Below are positions 25,074-33,660 of a stretch of DNA of 38,866 bases, piece after piece. The notes below the pieces were generated by a model, which was given only the letters and a program-made list of their open reading frames with translations, ran no database searches and was not told the DNA's origin. This DNA is from a virus: positions 1 to 38,866 of IMG/VR virus record IMGVR_UViG_3300011158_000001. The stretch is one strand, 5' to 3'. Position 1 is the stretch's first letter. Each line of letters starts with the position of its first letter. Both the position numbers and the translations under genes were made by a program.

Positions 25074-25176
25074 CGGCGAGCTGCTCGAAGACATGGACAC
25101 TATCGAGCACGACTGGGCTGTCTGCGCGGCCAAGGTCGACATGATCCTTGACCACCAGGAAGATCAGCATGAATAA
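24916..25176 (+). CDS. o-spanin (Rz1-like lipoprotein), overlapping the i-spanin in another frame
   Basis: ATG 24916 is preceded by ggaag. MKTKRLKTGLLGSCLTLLASCGS contains the lipobox LLASC, and the mature N-terminus is Pro-rich. Confidence 0.7.
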   Translation: MKTKRLKTGLLGSCLTLLASCGSVPPSPAPQLIVSGCPVVTRCTLSQTSPARNGELLEDMDTIEHDWAVCAAKVDMILDHQEDQHE

Positions 25177-25696
25177 GCCGGAAAGCCTGCGCGCTCACCT
25201 TATGGCCGCCGTGCCCGAACTCAGGCACAACCCCGACCGGCTGCTAGTCTTTATCGATCAAGGCAAGGTGCGCTGCACGGCGGCGGCCGGCCTGTCGTTT
25301 GAATATGGCTATAACCTGCAGATCATCCTGACCGACTTTGCCGGCCATCCGGATGCCGTCATGCTGCCGCTGCTGGCTTGGGTTCGGACAAATCAGTCGG
25401 AGCTGCTGGTTAACCTGGACAAGTCAGCCGAGGGCATCCAGTTCGAGGTGGATATTCTGGACCATAGCAAGGTGGACATGGCGATCACCCTGCCGTTGAC
25501 CGAGCGGGTCATTGTGAAAAAACAGGATAACGGCACCTATTCCATCGAGCATGCCGGCGAGCCGCAGTACACCGAGGCCGAGGCGGCCGGTACTTATCAG
25601 GTGTATGCCGGCGGTGAGCTGCTCGCCGAATGGCAGACACCTGACGGCAGTGAAACCATGGCTCTAGAAACGCCCATGCCCAAGCGGAGCAGCTAG
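25169..25696 (+). CDS. R: Tail completion protein gpR
   Basis: MNKPESLRAHLMAAVPELRHNPDRLLVFIDQG parallels P2 gpR (MLKPDSLRRAL...). Start reset from 25148 to 25169. Confidence 0.85.
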   Translation: MNKPESLRAHLMAAVPELRHNPDRLLVFIDQGKVRCTAAAGLSFEYGYNLQIILTDFAGHPDAVMLPLLAWVRTNQSELLVNLDKSAEGIQFEVDILDHSKVDMAITLPLTERVIVKKQDNGTYSIEHAGEPQYTEAEAAGTYQVYAGGELLAEWQTPDGSETMALETPMPKRSS

Positions 25697-25698
25697 CC

Positions 25699-26151
25699 AT
25701 GATTGACGATCTGACCGCGCTGGAAACCTGGCTTAATCCCTTACTGGCCAAGCTCGAGCCACAAGAACGGACCAAGCTGGCCAGGGAGGCGGCGCGCGAG
25801 ATCCGCAAGAACCAAACCAAGCGCATCACCGCGCAAAAGAATCCGGATGGCTCCGCCTTTGAGAAGCGTAAACCGCGTGACTTACGCAGTAAGCAGGGCC
25901 GGATCAAGAAAAAGATGTTCATGAAGCTGAAGATGGCCCGCTACCTGAAGGCACAAGGTAGCGAGCAGGCCGTAACGGTCGGCTTTACCGGCCGTATCGC
26001 TCGGATCGCTAGGGTACACCAGTACGGCTTGAAGGACCGGGCTGAGCGCGGTGCGCCGAATGTACATTATGCACGGCGAGAATTGTTGGGCCTATCAGAG
26101 GATGAGCTTAAGGCCGTCCGTGATTTGATTATTGATCATATAAAAAACTAG
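25699..26151 (+). CDS. S: Tail completion/virion morphogenesis protein gpS
   Basis: 150 aa. Position and sequence character match P2 gpS. Confidence 0.85.
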   Translation: MIDDLTALETWLNPLLAKLEPQERTKLAREAAREIRKNQTKRITAQKNPDGSAFEKRKPRDLRSKQGRIKKKMFMKLKMARYLKAQGSEQAVTVGFTGRIARIARVHQYGLKDRAERGAPNVHYARRELLGLSEDELKAVRDLIIDHIKN

Positions 26152-26180
26152 CCGGAGCCATGAAAAGCTTGGCTCCGGCT
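26150..26180 (-). terminator. Terminator hairpin for the leftward moron transcript
   Basis: 10-bp stem agccggagcc / ggctccggct. On the minus strand it is followed by TTTTTT (complement of 26142..26147). Confidence 0.55.
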
Positions 26181-26188
26181 TAGCTTGG

Positions 26189-26314
26189 CTAGCGGTCTTT
26201 CTTGTGGGAGTTGGTGTAAGGACTCTTGTCCTTTCTCACATATTCTGTAGGAGGTGGGGGAGGAGGTGGTGTTTTGCTTCCGTTGGTATGCGGTCTTTTC
26301 TCATCGTTGCTCAT
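26189..26314 (-). CDS. Candidate 41-aa polyproline micro-protein, translationally coupled to the 3-TM gene
   Basis: The ATG overlaps the upstream TGA (ATGA at 26311..26314). Translates as MSNDEKRPHTNGSKTPPPPPPPTEYVRKDKSPYTNSHKKDR*. Below the ORF-track cut-off and found by hand. Confidence 0.3.
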   Translation of the reverse strand: MSNDEKRPHTNGSKTPPPPPPPTEYVRKDKSPYTNSHKKDR

Positions 26315-26853
26315 TTAACTATCTCCATTATTATGGTGATCACTGCGCACATCGCTAAAAAAACAGCACTAATAGAAAGTTCGCTGTAGCAATTATCAAT
26401 ATACTCAGCTTTTCTTTTATTTACCTCTGACAGCTCCTTAATTGTATTTACGTGCCAATAAATTAACTCGTCTCTTAATTTTTTACTATGTGAAAGCTTC
26501 TCAAACTCTCTTTTGGATTTGTTTCTTTTATCCTCGTAAAAGCAGATAAAATCAGCAGCATCCTGCCCACGTGGCAATACAGGACAGTCGCCTATTTTTA
26601 AAGCGAGAAGTGCATGCCACCAAGAAAAAGACGAAAACAAAATAGAGAAGATGAATATGGCTAATTTTGCCCAAGTCCAGGGTAGATGAGGCTCTAGATG
26701 AAAAAGAGCGCCACTTTTAAAACCTGCAGTAGTTCCTAAGGCACCTATGATTATCGAGAGAAAGGTAAGTAGCTTTGCAGCTTTGTTCTCGAGATGATTA
26801 AAGGTGTCAATCTCATCCTTATAGCGGTCCTTAAAATAATCCAAGGCATTCAT
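26311..26853 (-). CDS. 3-TM membrane protein encoded by an AT-rich moron inserted antisense between gpS and gpV
   Basis: 180 aa. Hydrophobic segments LLTFLSIIIGALGTTAGF, WAKLAIFIFSILFSSFSWWHALLAL and ISAVFLAMCAVITIIMEIV. Oriented opposite to the late operons. Confidence 0.65.
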   Translation of the reverse strand: MNALDYFKDRYKDEIDTFNHLENKAAKLLTFLSIIIGALGTTAGFKSGALFHLEPHLPWTWAKLAIFIFSILFSSFSWWHALLALKIGDCPVLPRGQDAADFICFYEDKRNKSKREFEKLSHSKKLRDELIYWHVNTIKELSEVNKRKAEYIDNCYSELSISAVFLAMCAVITIIMEIVK

Positions 26854-26896
26854 CTAACACCTTTTTCCCTTTGCTAACCTCAAAGGCTATCTCACC

Positions 26897-26917
26897 TTGT
26901 AAACTAACTTTTTACAA
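26897..26917. promoter_or_regulatory. Late-promoter dyad TTGTA-N11-TACAA upstream of gpV
   Basis: ttgtaaactaactttttacaa, 47 nt before the V start codon. Confidence 0.5.
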
Positions 26918-26963
26918 GCTTAGCTAGCTGCACGCCTCGCTCGCCCCTCGCATCCTTGGCGGC

Positions 26964-27521
26964 ATGAATGAATACGCCGCCCTTTCCCGCCTGATCGAAA
27001 ACCTGATCCGCCTTGGCACCGTTGCCGAGGTGGACCATGGCAGCCTCGAAGACAACCGACCTCCACGCCTTCGCGTCCAGAGCGGCGAGCTGCTGACTGG
27101 CTGGCTGCCTTGGATCGCCTTTCGCGCCGGTACTGATACTGAGTGGGATCCGCCCACGGTAGGTGAGCAGGTCGTTGTATTCAGCCCCTCCGGACAAACC
27201 ACCCAGGGTATCGTCTTAACTGGCCTGTTTAGTCAAGAGTATCCAGCCAATGCCGACCGCGCCGGCCTGCATCGCCGCTCCTATAGCGATGGAGCCGTGG
27301 TCGAGTACGACAGCCAGAGCCATACGCTTATGGCTACCCTGCCTGATGGCGGAAAGGTCAGGCTTACCGCACCCGGTGGCGTCTCGATTCTGGGCAACGT
27401 GGACATTACTGGCCTGGTTACCGTCTCGAACGATGTCATCGCGGCCGGCATCAGCCTGGTTAAGCACCCGCACGGTAACGTCGAGCCGGGCTCAGGGCAG
27501 TCGGGAGCGCCGCTCAAATGA
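26964..27521 (+). CDS. V: Baseplate spike/assembly protein gpV
   Basis: ..IRLGTVAEVD...RVQSGELLTGWLPWI..RAG...W.PP.VGEQVVVFSP.G parallels P2 gpV. Confidence 0.9.
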   Translation: MNEYAALSRLIENLIRLGTVAEVDHGSLEDNRPPRLRVQSGELLTGWLPWIAFRAGTDTEWDPPTVGEQVVVFSPSGQTTQGIVLTGLFSQEYPANADRAGLHRRSYSDGAVVEYDSQSHTLMATLPDGGKVRLTAPGGVSILGNVDITGLVTVSNDVIAAGISLVKHPHGNVEPGSGQSGAPLK

Positions 27522-27859
27522 ACCGCAGCACCGGCCTCGCCCTGACCGACCTCGAGCACCTGCAGCAGTCCGTGGGCGACATCCTTACTACGCCCGTTGG
27601 GTCGCGGCTCATGCGCCGCAGCTACGGCTGCGACCTCTTCGAGCTGATCGACAAACCCTTAAACGATGCCATCGCGCTGGAAGCCAAGGCTGTGGCCGTC
27701 ATGGCCCTGATGCGCTGGGAGCCGCGCCTGCGCCTGACCCGCATTGGTTTATCGCTGGGCGATAGGCCCGGCCAGGCCTTTGTCGACCTGGAAGGCTATA
27801 GCACCGTTAGCGACGCGGCCGTGAGCCTACGCGTTCCTCTAGCTTTTGGTGGAGTCTGA
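27518..27859 (+). CDS. W: Baseplate protein gpW (gp25-like)
   Basis: LTDLEHLQQSVGDILTTPVGSRLMRRSYG...MRWEPRL closely parallels P2 gpW. Confidence 0.9.
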   Translation: MNRSTGLALTDLEHLQQSVGDILTTPVGSRLMRRSYGCDLFELIDKPLNDAIALEAKAVAVMALMRWEPRLRLTRIGLSLGDRPGQAFVDLEGYSTVSDAAVSLRVPLAFGGV

Positions 27860-27860
27860 T

Positions 27861-28778
27861 ATGGCCAGCACCTTTACCCCCATCGATCTCTCCCAGCTAC
27901 CCGAACCCACCATTGTCGAGCAACTGGACTTCGAATCCATTTATGCTGAGCGTAAAGCGGGGCTGATTGCCCTGTATCCAGCCGATCAGCAGGCCACCAT
28001 AGCCGCGCGCCTGGAGCTGGAGTCCGAGCCGTTGGTCAAGCTCCTGCAGGAGAATGCCTACCGCGAGCTGCTGTTGCGTCAGCGCGTCAACGAGGCCGCC
28101 CTAGGCACCATGCTGGCCAAGGCCACCGGCACCGACCTCGAGCAGATCGCCGGCGGCGTCAACCTGATCCGCCTGACCATTACCCCGGCCGATACCACCA
28201 GTGTGCCGCCGATTGCTGCGGTGATGGAAGGCGACGATGCCCTGCGCGAACGCGTACAGATGGCCTGGGAGGGTCTCAGCGTGGCTGGCCCTCGCAATGC
28301 CTATATCCTGCATGCGCGTAATGCCAGCGGCCAGGTGGCTGATGCCTCGGCGGTTAGCCCTTCCCCCGCTGTTGTGGTCGTCACCGTTCAGTCTTACATC
28401 GGCGACGGCACGGCCTCCCCTGAACTGCTGGCCACCGTGGCCAAGGCGCTCAACGATGACGATGTGCGTCCGCTGGGCGACCGCGTCACCGTCCAGTCCG
28501 CCGAGATCCTGCGCTACAGCGTCAAGGCCCGGCTCTTTCTAGAAAATACCGGGGCCGAGTCAGAGCTGATCCTGCAGAGCGCGCAGAAGAACCTGGCCGC
28601 CTATGTGAACCGCCGCCGACGCCTGGGCGTGATCGTGGCCCGCTCCGGCATTGATGCAGCGCTGCACGTAGCCGGTGTGGCCAAGGTCGAGCTGGATGGC
28701 TGGGCCGATATCGTCCCCACCAACGCCCAGGCCGCCTACTGCACCGGAACCAGCGTTACTCTGGGGGACCAGGCATGA
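27861..28778 (+). CDS. J: Baseplate wedge protein gpJ
   Basis: ATG 27861 after ggtggag. 305 aa, P2 gpJ-like in position and sequence. Confidence 0.9.
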   Translation: MASTFTPIDLSQLPEPTIVEQLDFESIYAERKAGLIALYPADQQATIAARLELESEPLVKLLQENAYRELLLRQRVNEAALGTMLAKATGTDLEQIAGGVNLIRLTITPADTTSVPPIAAVMEGDDALRERVQMAWEGLSVAGPRNAYILHARNASGQVADASAVSPSPAVVVVTVQSYIGDGTASPELLATVAKALNDDDVRPLGDRVTVQSAEILRYSVKARLFLENTGAESELILQSAQKNLAAYVNRRRRLGVIVARSGIDAALHVAGVAKVELDGWADIVPTNAQAAYCTGTSVTLGDQA

Positions 28779-29383
28779 GCCTGCTGCCACCCAACTCCAC
28801 CCGGCTTGAGCGACTTGCTGCGGAGGCCTTGGCCCAGATCAAGCACGTGCCTATTCCGCTGCGTGACCTGGTGGATCCGGACCGCTGCCCGCTGGAGCTG
28901 TTGCCCTATCTCGCCTGGGCGCGTTCGGTGGATCGTTGGGACAGCGCCTGGTCAGAAAAGACCAAGCGCGACGTCATCAAGGCCTCGTATTTCGTCCACT
29001 CGCACAAAGGCACCATCGGTGCGATCCGCCGCGTGGTTGAGCCGCTGGGCTACCTGATTCGCGTCCGCGAGTGGTGGCAGGAGTCACCCGAGGCAACGCC
29101 CGGCACCTTCAAACTGGATATCGGCGTGCTGGACAGCGGCATCACTGAGGAGATGTATGACGGCCTGGGCCTCTTGATCGATGACGCCAAGCCCCTCAGC
29201 CGCCACCTGACCGGCCTGGCCGTCAGCCTTGAAACCCGCGGCACGCCTTATATCGGTGTGAGCACCTACCAGGGCGAGACGCTCACCGTTTACGCCTATC
29301 AACCCGAAGCCATTGTGGTCGGCGGCAGCTACTCGGCCGGCGGCATCTCTCACGACATCGACACCCTGAGCATCTACCCATGA
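28775..29383 (+). CDS. I: Baseplate protein gpI
   Basis: MSLLPPNSTRLERLAAEAL...LLPYLAWARSVDRW is the P2 gpI pattern. Confidence 0.9.
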   Translation: MSLLPPNSTRLERLAAEALAQIKHVPIPLRDLVDPDRCPLELLPYLAWARSVDRWDSAWSEKTKRDVIKASYFVHSHKGTIGAIRRVVEPLGYLIRVREWWQESPEATPGTFKLDIGVLDSGITEEMYDGLGLLIDDAKPLSRHLTGLAVSLETRGTPYIGVSTYQGETLTVYAYQPEAIVVGGSYSAGGISHDIDTLSIYP

Positions 29384-30699
29384 GTCAGACCTATTACGCC
29401 ATTCTCACCGCTATCGGCGAGGCCAAGCTGGCCAACGCCGCAGCGCTTAACACCACCCTCAAGATCAGCAAGATGGCCGTAGGCGACGGCGGCGGTAGCG
29501 TGCCTACTCCTGACCGCAGCCAGACTGCGCTCAAGGGCGAATGGTATCGCGCAGGGCTTAACAGCCTGACCGTGGACAAGGCCAACAGCAGTCAGGTCAT
29601 CGCCGAGCTGGTGATCCCCGAAACCACCGGCGGCAGCTGGATCCGCGAGATGGGCCTGATCGATGCGGACGGCAACCTGATTGCGGTGGCCAATACCCCG
29701 CCCAGCTACAAGCCACAGCTGGCCGAAGGCTCCGGCCGCACCCAGGTCCTGCGCATGGTCCTGATTGTCAGCAGCACTTCAAGCGTCGAACTCAAGATCG
29801 ACCCGAGCGTTGTACTGGCCACGCGCGGCTATGTAGACGATGCGATCACCGTGGCGATCAACCGGCTGGACAACAAGCAGTCGGTCCGTGCGGCTACGAC
29901 CGTCAACATCACCCTGAGCGGCCTGCAGACAATCGATGGCATTGCCCTGGTGGCCGGTGACCGCGTCCTGGTCAAGAACCAGACCACGGCCAACGGGAAC
30001 GGGATCTATGTGGCCGGCAGCGGCGGCTGGCTTCGCGCGGCCGATGCAGACGAAAACGCTGAGGTCACACCGGGACTGACCGTTTATGTCGAGCAAGGCA
30101 CAACGCAGGCCGACACGATCTGGAAGCTGACTACCGATGCGCCTATTACCCTGGGTAGCACGGCCTTGAGCTTTGCGGACATTACAACGGGCTATCTGGC
30201 CGTCAGTTCAGCCGCAACGCAGGAAGAAGCCGAGGATGGCACCGCAACGACGCGCTGGATGTCCCCGCTTCGTGTCTTTCAGGCGATTGCAAAAAAGATT
30301 GTTCAAGCCACCGAGGCCTTGGCCGGTATTGCCAGGGTAGCGACTCAGGCGCAAACCAATGCTGGCACTGATGACGCCACTATTGTGACGCCTAAGAAGC
30401 TGCGTGCTGGCTTTTCCATCAGCCTTAAGGATTCTGCAAGCTACATCGTGTTTCCGTCCTGGCTGGGTGGCTGGATCATTCAATGGGGCTGGGTCAATAG
30501 CAGCTCGACCGCGCCTTACTATCAGCTCACCTATCCGCTCGCGTTTCCCACGCTCTGTACGTGTTTTCTGCTCTCCCCCTGGAACGCGCAAACCACCGGC
30601 GCGATTTACACCCACTCAGGCCGTACCAGCCAGCCCAATATTTTCCGAGGCAGTAGCACAGTGAGCTATTCCTTTGACTGGTTTGCCATTGGCTATTAA
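29380..30699 (+). CDS. H: Tail fibre protein gpH
   Basis: The conserved N-terminus MSQTYYAILTAIGEAKLANAAA...MAVGDGGG...IREMGLIDADGNLIAV is P2 H-like. The C-terminal receptor-binding part is divergent. Confidence 0.85.
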   Translation: MSQTYYAILTAIGEAKLANAAALNTTLKISKMAVGDGGGSVPTPDRSQTALKGEWYRAGLNSLTVDKANSSQVIAELVIPETTGGSWIREMGLIDADGNLIAVANTPPSYKPQLAEGSGRTQVLRMVLIVSSTSSVELKIDPSVVLATRGYVDDAITVAINRLDNKQSVRAATTVNITLSGLQTIDGIALVAGDRVLVKNQTTANGNGIYVAGSGGWLRAADADENAEVTPGLTVYVEQGTTQADTIWKLTTDAPITLGSTALSFADITTGYLAVSSAATQEEAEDGTATTRWMSPLRVFQAIAKKIVQATEALAGIARVATQAQTNAGTDDATIVTPKKLRAGFSISLKDSASYIVFPSWLGGWIIQWGWVNSSSTAPYYQLTYPLAFPTLCTCFLLSPWNAQTTGAIYTHSGRTSQPNIFRGSSTVSYSFDWFAIGY

Positions 30700-30710
30700 G
30701 GAGTTATGCC

Positions 30711-31292
30711 GTGTCCAAGTTGTACAGTCCTTCTGATGCTGCCTTTTTCGATAGCAGCGTTCACAGCGTCATTCCCAAGGATGCCATCCAGATCAGCGAT
30801 GCGCTCTATGAAACCCTACTCAAGGGCCGCTCCGTTGGGCAGGTCATTGTCCTGGACAGCCGTAGGATGCCTACGCTGTCCGATCCGGCTCCGGCGTCAA
30901 TGGATGAGGTGAAAGCGGCAAAGCTCAACGAGCTGGAGACCGCTTGCGTAACTCAAATCACTGCCGGCTTCTCTTCAAGCGCCCTGGGTGAGACTTACAC
31001 TTACCCGGCCAAGCCGACCGACCAGTCCAACCTGCAGGCCTCGGTACTGGCCTCGATCCTGCCCGGCGTCGATGAGACGTGGACCACCCCGTTCTGGTGT
31101 GCAGACACGCAGGGCAAATGGGCCTATCAAGCGCATACCGCCGCGCAGATTCAGCAGGTCGGTGTGGACGGCAAGAACGCGATCAATGCGGCCATTGCGC
31201 AAAAGATCGAGCTGGAACAGCAGGTGGAAGCAGCCAAGACCGCAGCCGAAGTGGCCGCTATCGTCTGGCCTCAAGATGAGGTAGCGGCATGA
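30711..31292 (+). CDS. Tail fibre accessory/assembly protein (DUF4376-like rather than classical gpG)
   Basis: Lies immediately after H. The central ..KAAKLNELETACVTQITAGF..YTYPAKPTDQSNL.. resembles DUF4376-type fibre-associated proteins (from memory). Confidence 0.5.
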   Translation: MSKLYSPSDAAFFDSSVHSVIPKDAIQISDALYETLLKGRSVGQVIVLDSRRMPTLSDPAPASMDEVKAAKLNELETACVTQITAGFSSSALGETYTYPAKPTDQSNLQASVLASILPGVDETWTTPFWCADTQGKWAYQAHTAAQIQQVGVDGKNAINAAIAQKIELEQQVEAAKTAAEVAAIVWPQDEVAA

Positions 31293-31729
31293 TCCAGTTG
31301 GCCCTCTACAAGGCACCCGGTGATCTTTACGACCGGCTGATCCGAATCTGGACGCGCAGCCCCTACTCGCACTGCGAACTGATCCTGGAGGATGGCCGCT
31401 TTGCCAGCAGCTCACCGCGTGACGGTGGTGTGCGGGCCAAACTGATCGAGCCAGATCCGGCGGTTTGGGACTTCCTGCCGCTGCCCTGGGTAAGGGAAGA
31501 GATGGTCGAGGAGCTGCTGCAGGCCGAACACGGCTCAGGCTATGACTGGATCGGGATCCTGGGCAGCCAAATCTTGCCGGTCGGCATCCAGAGCCAGTCG
31601 CGCTGGTTTTGCTCGGAGTTCTGCGCTCAGGCGATTGGGCTGGAACAGCCGCAGCGGTATTCGCCAGGAAGCCTATTCGAAACTATGTCCTGGGCACTCA
31701 AATTAGACTTTAATAGTGTAGGTAGCTAA
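31289..31729 (+). CDS. Hypothetical protein, possible permuted NlpC/P60-LRAT-like His...Cys signature
   Basis: ATGA-coupled to the previous gene, with backbone GC. YSHCELI ... WFCSEFCA weakly recalls the H...NCEHF arrangement. Confidence 0.4.
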   Translation: MIQLALYKAPGDLYDRLIRIWTRSPYSHCELILEDGRFASSSPRDGGVRAKLIEPDPAVWDFLPLPWVREEMVEELLQAEHGSGYDWIGILGSQILPVGIQSQSRWFCSEFCAQAIGLEQPQRYSPGSLFETMSWALKLDFNSVGS

Positions 31730-31738
31730 CGATTAGGG

Positions 31739-31945
31739 ATGCAGGTTGATATGCCGGGTCAGGAAAAACACGGTCAGACCAAGCAAGCGTTCTGGCTTGG
31801 GTGTGTAGCTCTAGGAGCCGCATCACTTCCACTCTGGTACATAATCGCGATGCAGGACAGCCAACACGAATACAAAGATATCGGGGTGTATTGCTCCATG
31901 ATCCCGTTTGTTCTGGTCACGCTGTTTAGCGTGGTCCGACGTTGA
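31739..31945 (+). CDS. Small 2-TM membrane protein
   Basis: 68 aa. Hydrophobic segments FWLGCVALGAASLPLWYIIA and VYCSMIPFVLVTLFSVV. Confidence 0.4.
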   Translation: MQVDMPGQEKHGQTKQAFWLGCVALGAASLPLWYIIAMQDSQHEYKDIGVYCSMIPFVLVTLFSVVRR

Positions 31946-32187
31946 AAGTTTTAGGTGTTTTGCCTGCTAAACGGCTGATAGGTTTCGGTAGTGCATAGCA
32001 TTCATCCAGTCATCTGGCTGAACACTTCCGCTGGGCAGTTACCAGAGAAAATTGCTAGATAGGTCACATTTCACTTTTGTATCCTGCTCGCCTCGGCATT
32101 AACGGAATAAAGCCTGTGCGAGCCCTTCCTCACAAAATCAAAACCTTTCAAAAAGAGTTCAGCCTTTTGCCAGGCTATGCTTTTTCT

Positions 32188-33087
32188 ATGCGCATATTCT
32201 GGCTGGTTGCACTGCTTGCCGCGCTGATTATTGGTTCATTGATCTTTAATGCGATCAACACCATTGTTTTCAAATCCCATACCTATTCTCATCTGCCCTA
32301 TATCTCGTTGGGCTTTGAGTTTTTTGTTCTGATACCTAGTTTTTTGCAGGTCATATGCGAGATCGACCAGCAACGCTGCCGGCGGTTATATCCGCAGGTG
32401 AGGCCAACTGGCTTTCGTGCTGCGGTGACAATGATCAACCGAGCAAAATACGAGCGAATCGAAGCTCTGTTCGGCCCTCAGGAAAGCTTGGAGAAACTGG
32501 CTAAAGGCCTGATTGAAGAATGGAAGTGGCGACGCGAAATCCAGCTTAATGCTGGAGAAACAGACGTCCAAAAGGCCCGAAAATTCTTCCGCTTGCCGTC
32601 AGGTAGCAACCTTGCCACTTACCTCGCCGGGGTCTTGGCTATCGTGGCCGGTATTGTGGTGGCACTGATAGATAAGGATAGCTTCTATCAAGAGCTTCCC
32701 AATTTATGGGGTAGCTTTGAATTTTGGTACATCGCTCTCTTTAAATTAATCGTCATGCCTATAGCGATTTGTATCATCCCGCTCGCAGTTATCTGGAGCA
32801 GCATAAAAGCGATAGGCCGGATTCTCGCTGAGAGCATGGATGATGATTTTCTCAGCCAACCTAAATTCTACTCGTTCATCAAAGAGCTCCTGGAACTGGC
32901 TGATCGCAAAGAACGAAGGCTACTGCTTAAAACAACAGGCCGAGCCTATTGGTCGATTCGCCTTCTGACTGCTCCAATTCATAAAGTCCCTAGAATTTAC
33001 AGAAATGTCCATCGCTCGAAGCGGCTGGCCAAGCTGAGAAAGGCAGGTTTGAAAAATCAGTTTATCAAAACCCAGGTGAGGCATTAA
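32188..33087 (+). CDS. 4-TM membrane protein (accessory cassette at the Z/fun position)
   Basis: Start reset from TTG 32077 to ATG 32188 (MRIFWLVALL..). There are four hydrophobic segments, a soluble loop of about 90 aa and a basic C-terminus. AT-rich. Confidence 0.6.
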   Translation: MRIFWLVALLAALIIGSLIFNAINTIVFKSHTYSHLPYISLGFEFFVLIPSFLQVICEIDQQRCRRLYPQVRPTGFRAAVTMINRAKYERIEALFGPQESLEKLAKGLIEEWKWRREIQLNAGETDVQKARKFFRLPSGSNLATYLAGVLAIVAGIVVALIDKDSFYQELPNLWGSFEFWYIALFKLIVMPIAICIIPLAVIWSSIKAIGRILAESMDDDFLSQPKFYSFIKELLELADRKERRLLLKTTGRAYWSIRLLTAPIHKVPRIYRNVHRSKRLAKLRKAGLKNQFIKTQVRH

Positions 33088-33090
33088 TGC

Positions 33091-33618
33091 ATGGATCAGC
33101 CAAGTATAGTGATACAAAGTTTGCCAGCCATAACAGGTCTTATTGGTGCATGTGTTGGCTTCGCAGGCTCTTTTCTTAATACGTTGTACAACCAAAAACA
33201 GACCCATAAACAGAGTCATAATCAACGCAAACGAGAAAGAATCGAGTCGCTATACAGGCTTATAGAAGTTACAAGATATGAAATACAAAGGGATCAAAAA
33301 AATACAATGCTTGCCGCGAATGGACACCATAGCGAGATAGAGCACTCGGCTACAATAGAGGGGAAGCTTCCAGCCTTCATAGAGATTGAGATGTTGATCG
33401 ATCTCTACCTCCCGATCCTTAAAGAAGGATATCAAAACTTCGACAAGGCTCGATCTGAATTTAAAGCCATTTGTTCTCGGCTAGCAGATGAGCCAATGCA
33501 AAGCAAAAGCGCTGAAGAGCAACTAGCAGACGTTAATGAGTTGCGGTGGTACTTTGAAAATGTACAAGGCGAGCTTTATAAACTTCAGGCGATGCTGCCT
33601 GAGTTGATCGAGTCTTAA
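33091..33618 (+). CDS. Single-TM helical protein, operonic with the 4-TM protein
   Basis: Starts 4 nt after the previous stop. N-terminal TM segment LPAITGLIGACVGFAGSFL, followed by charged helical sequence. Confidence 0.6.
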   Translation: MDQPSIVIQSLPAITGLIGACVGFAGSFLNTLYNQKQTHKQSHNQRKRERIESLYRLIEVTRYEIQRDQKNTMLAANGHHSEIEHSATIEGKLPAFIEIEMLIDLYLPILKEGYQNFDKARSEFKAICSRLADEPMQSKSAEEQLADVNELRWYFENVQGELYKLQAMLPELIES

Positions 33619-33660
33619 TCTTATAAATCAACCGGCGCCCGATCCATCCTCTACCTAATC

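Noticed and set aside
32077-32187. TTG-initiated N-terminal extension of the 4-TM protein
   Set aside because: The extension is hydrophilic and is encoded in what looks like an untranslated leader. ATG 32188 begins directly at the first TM helix.
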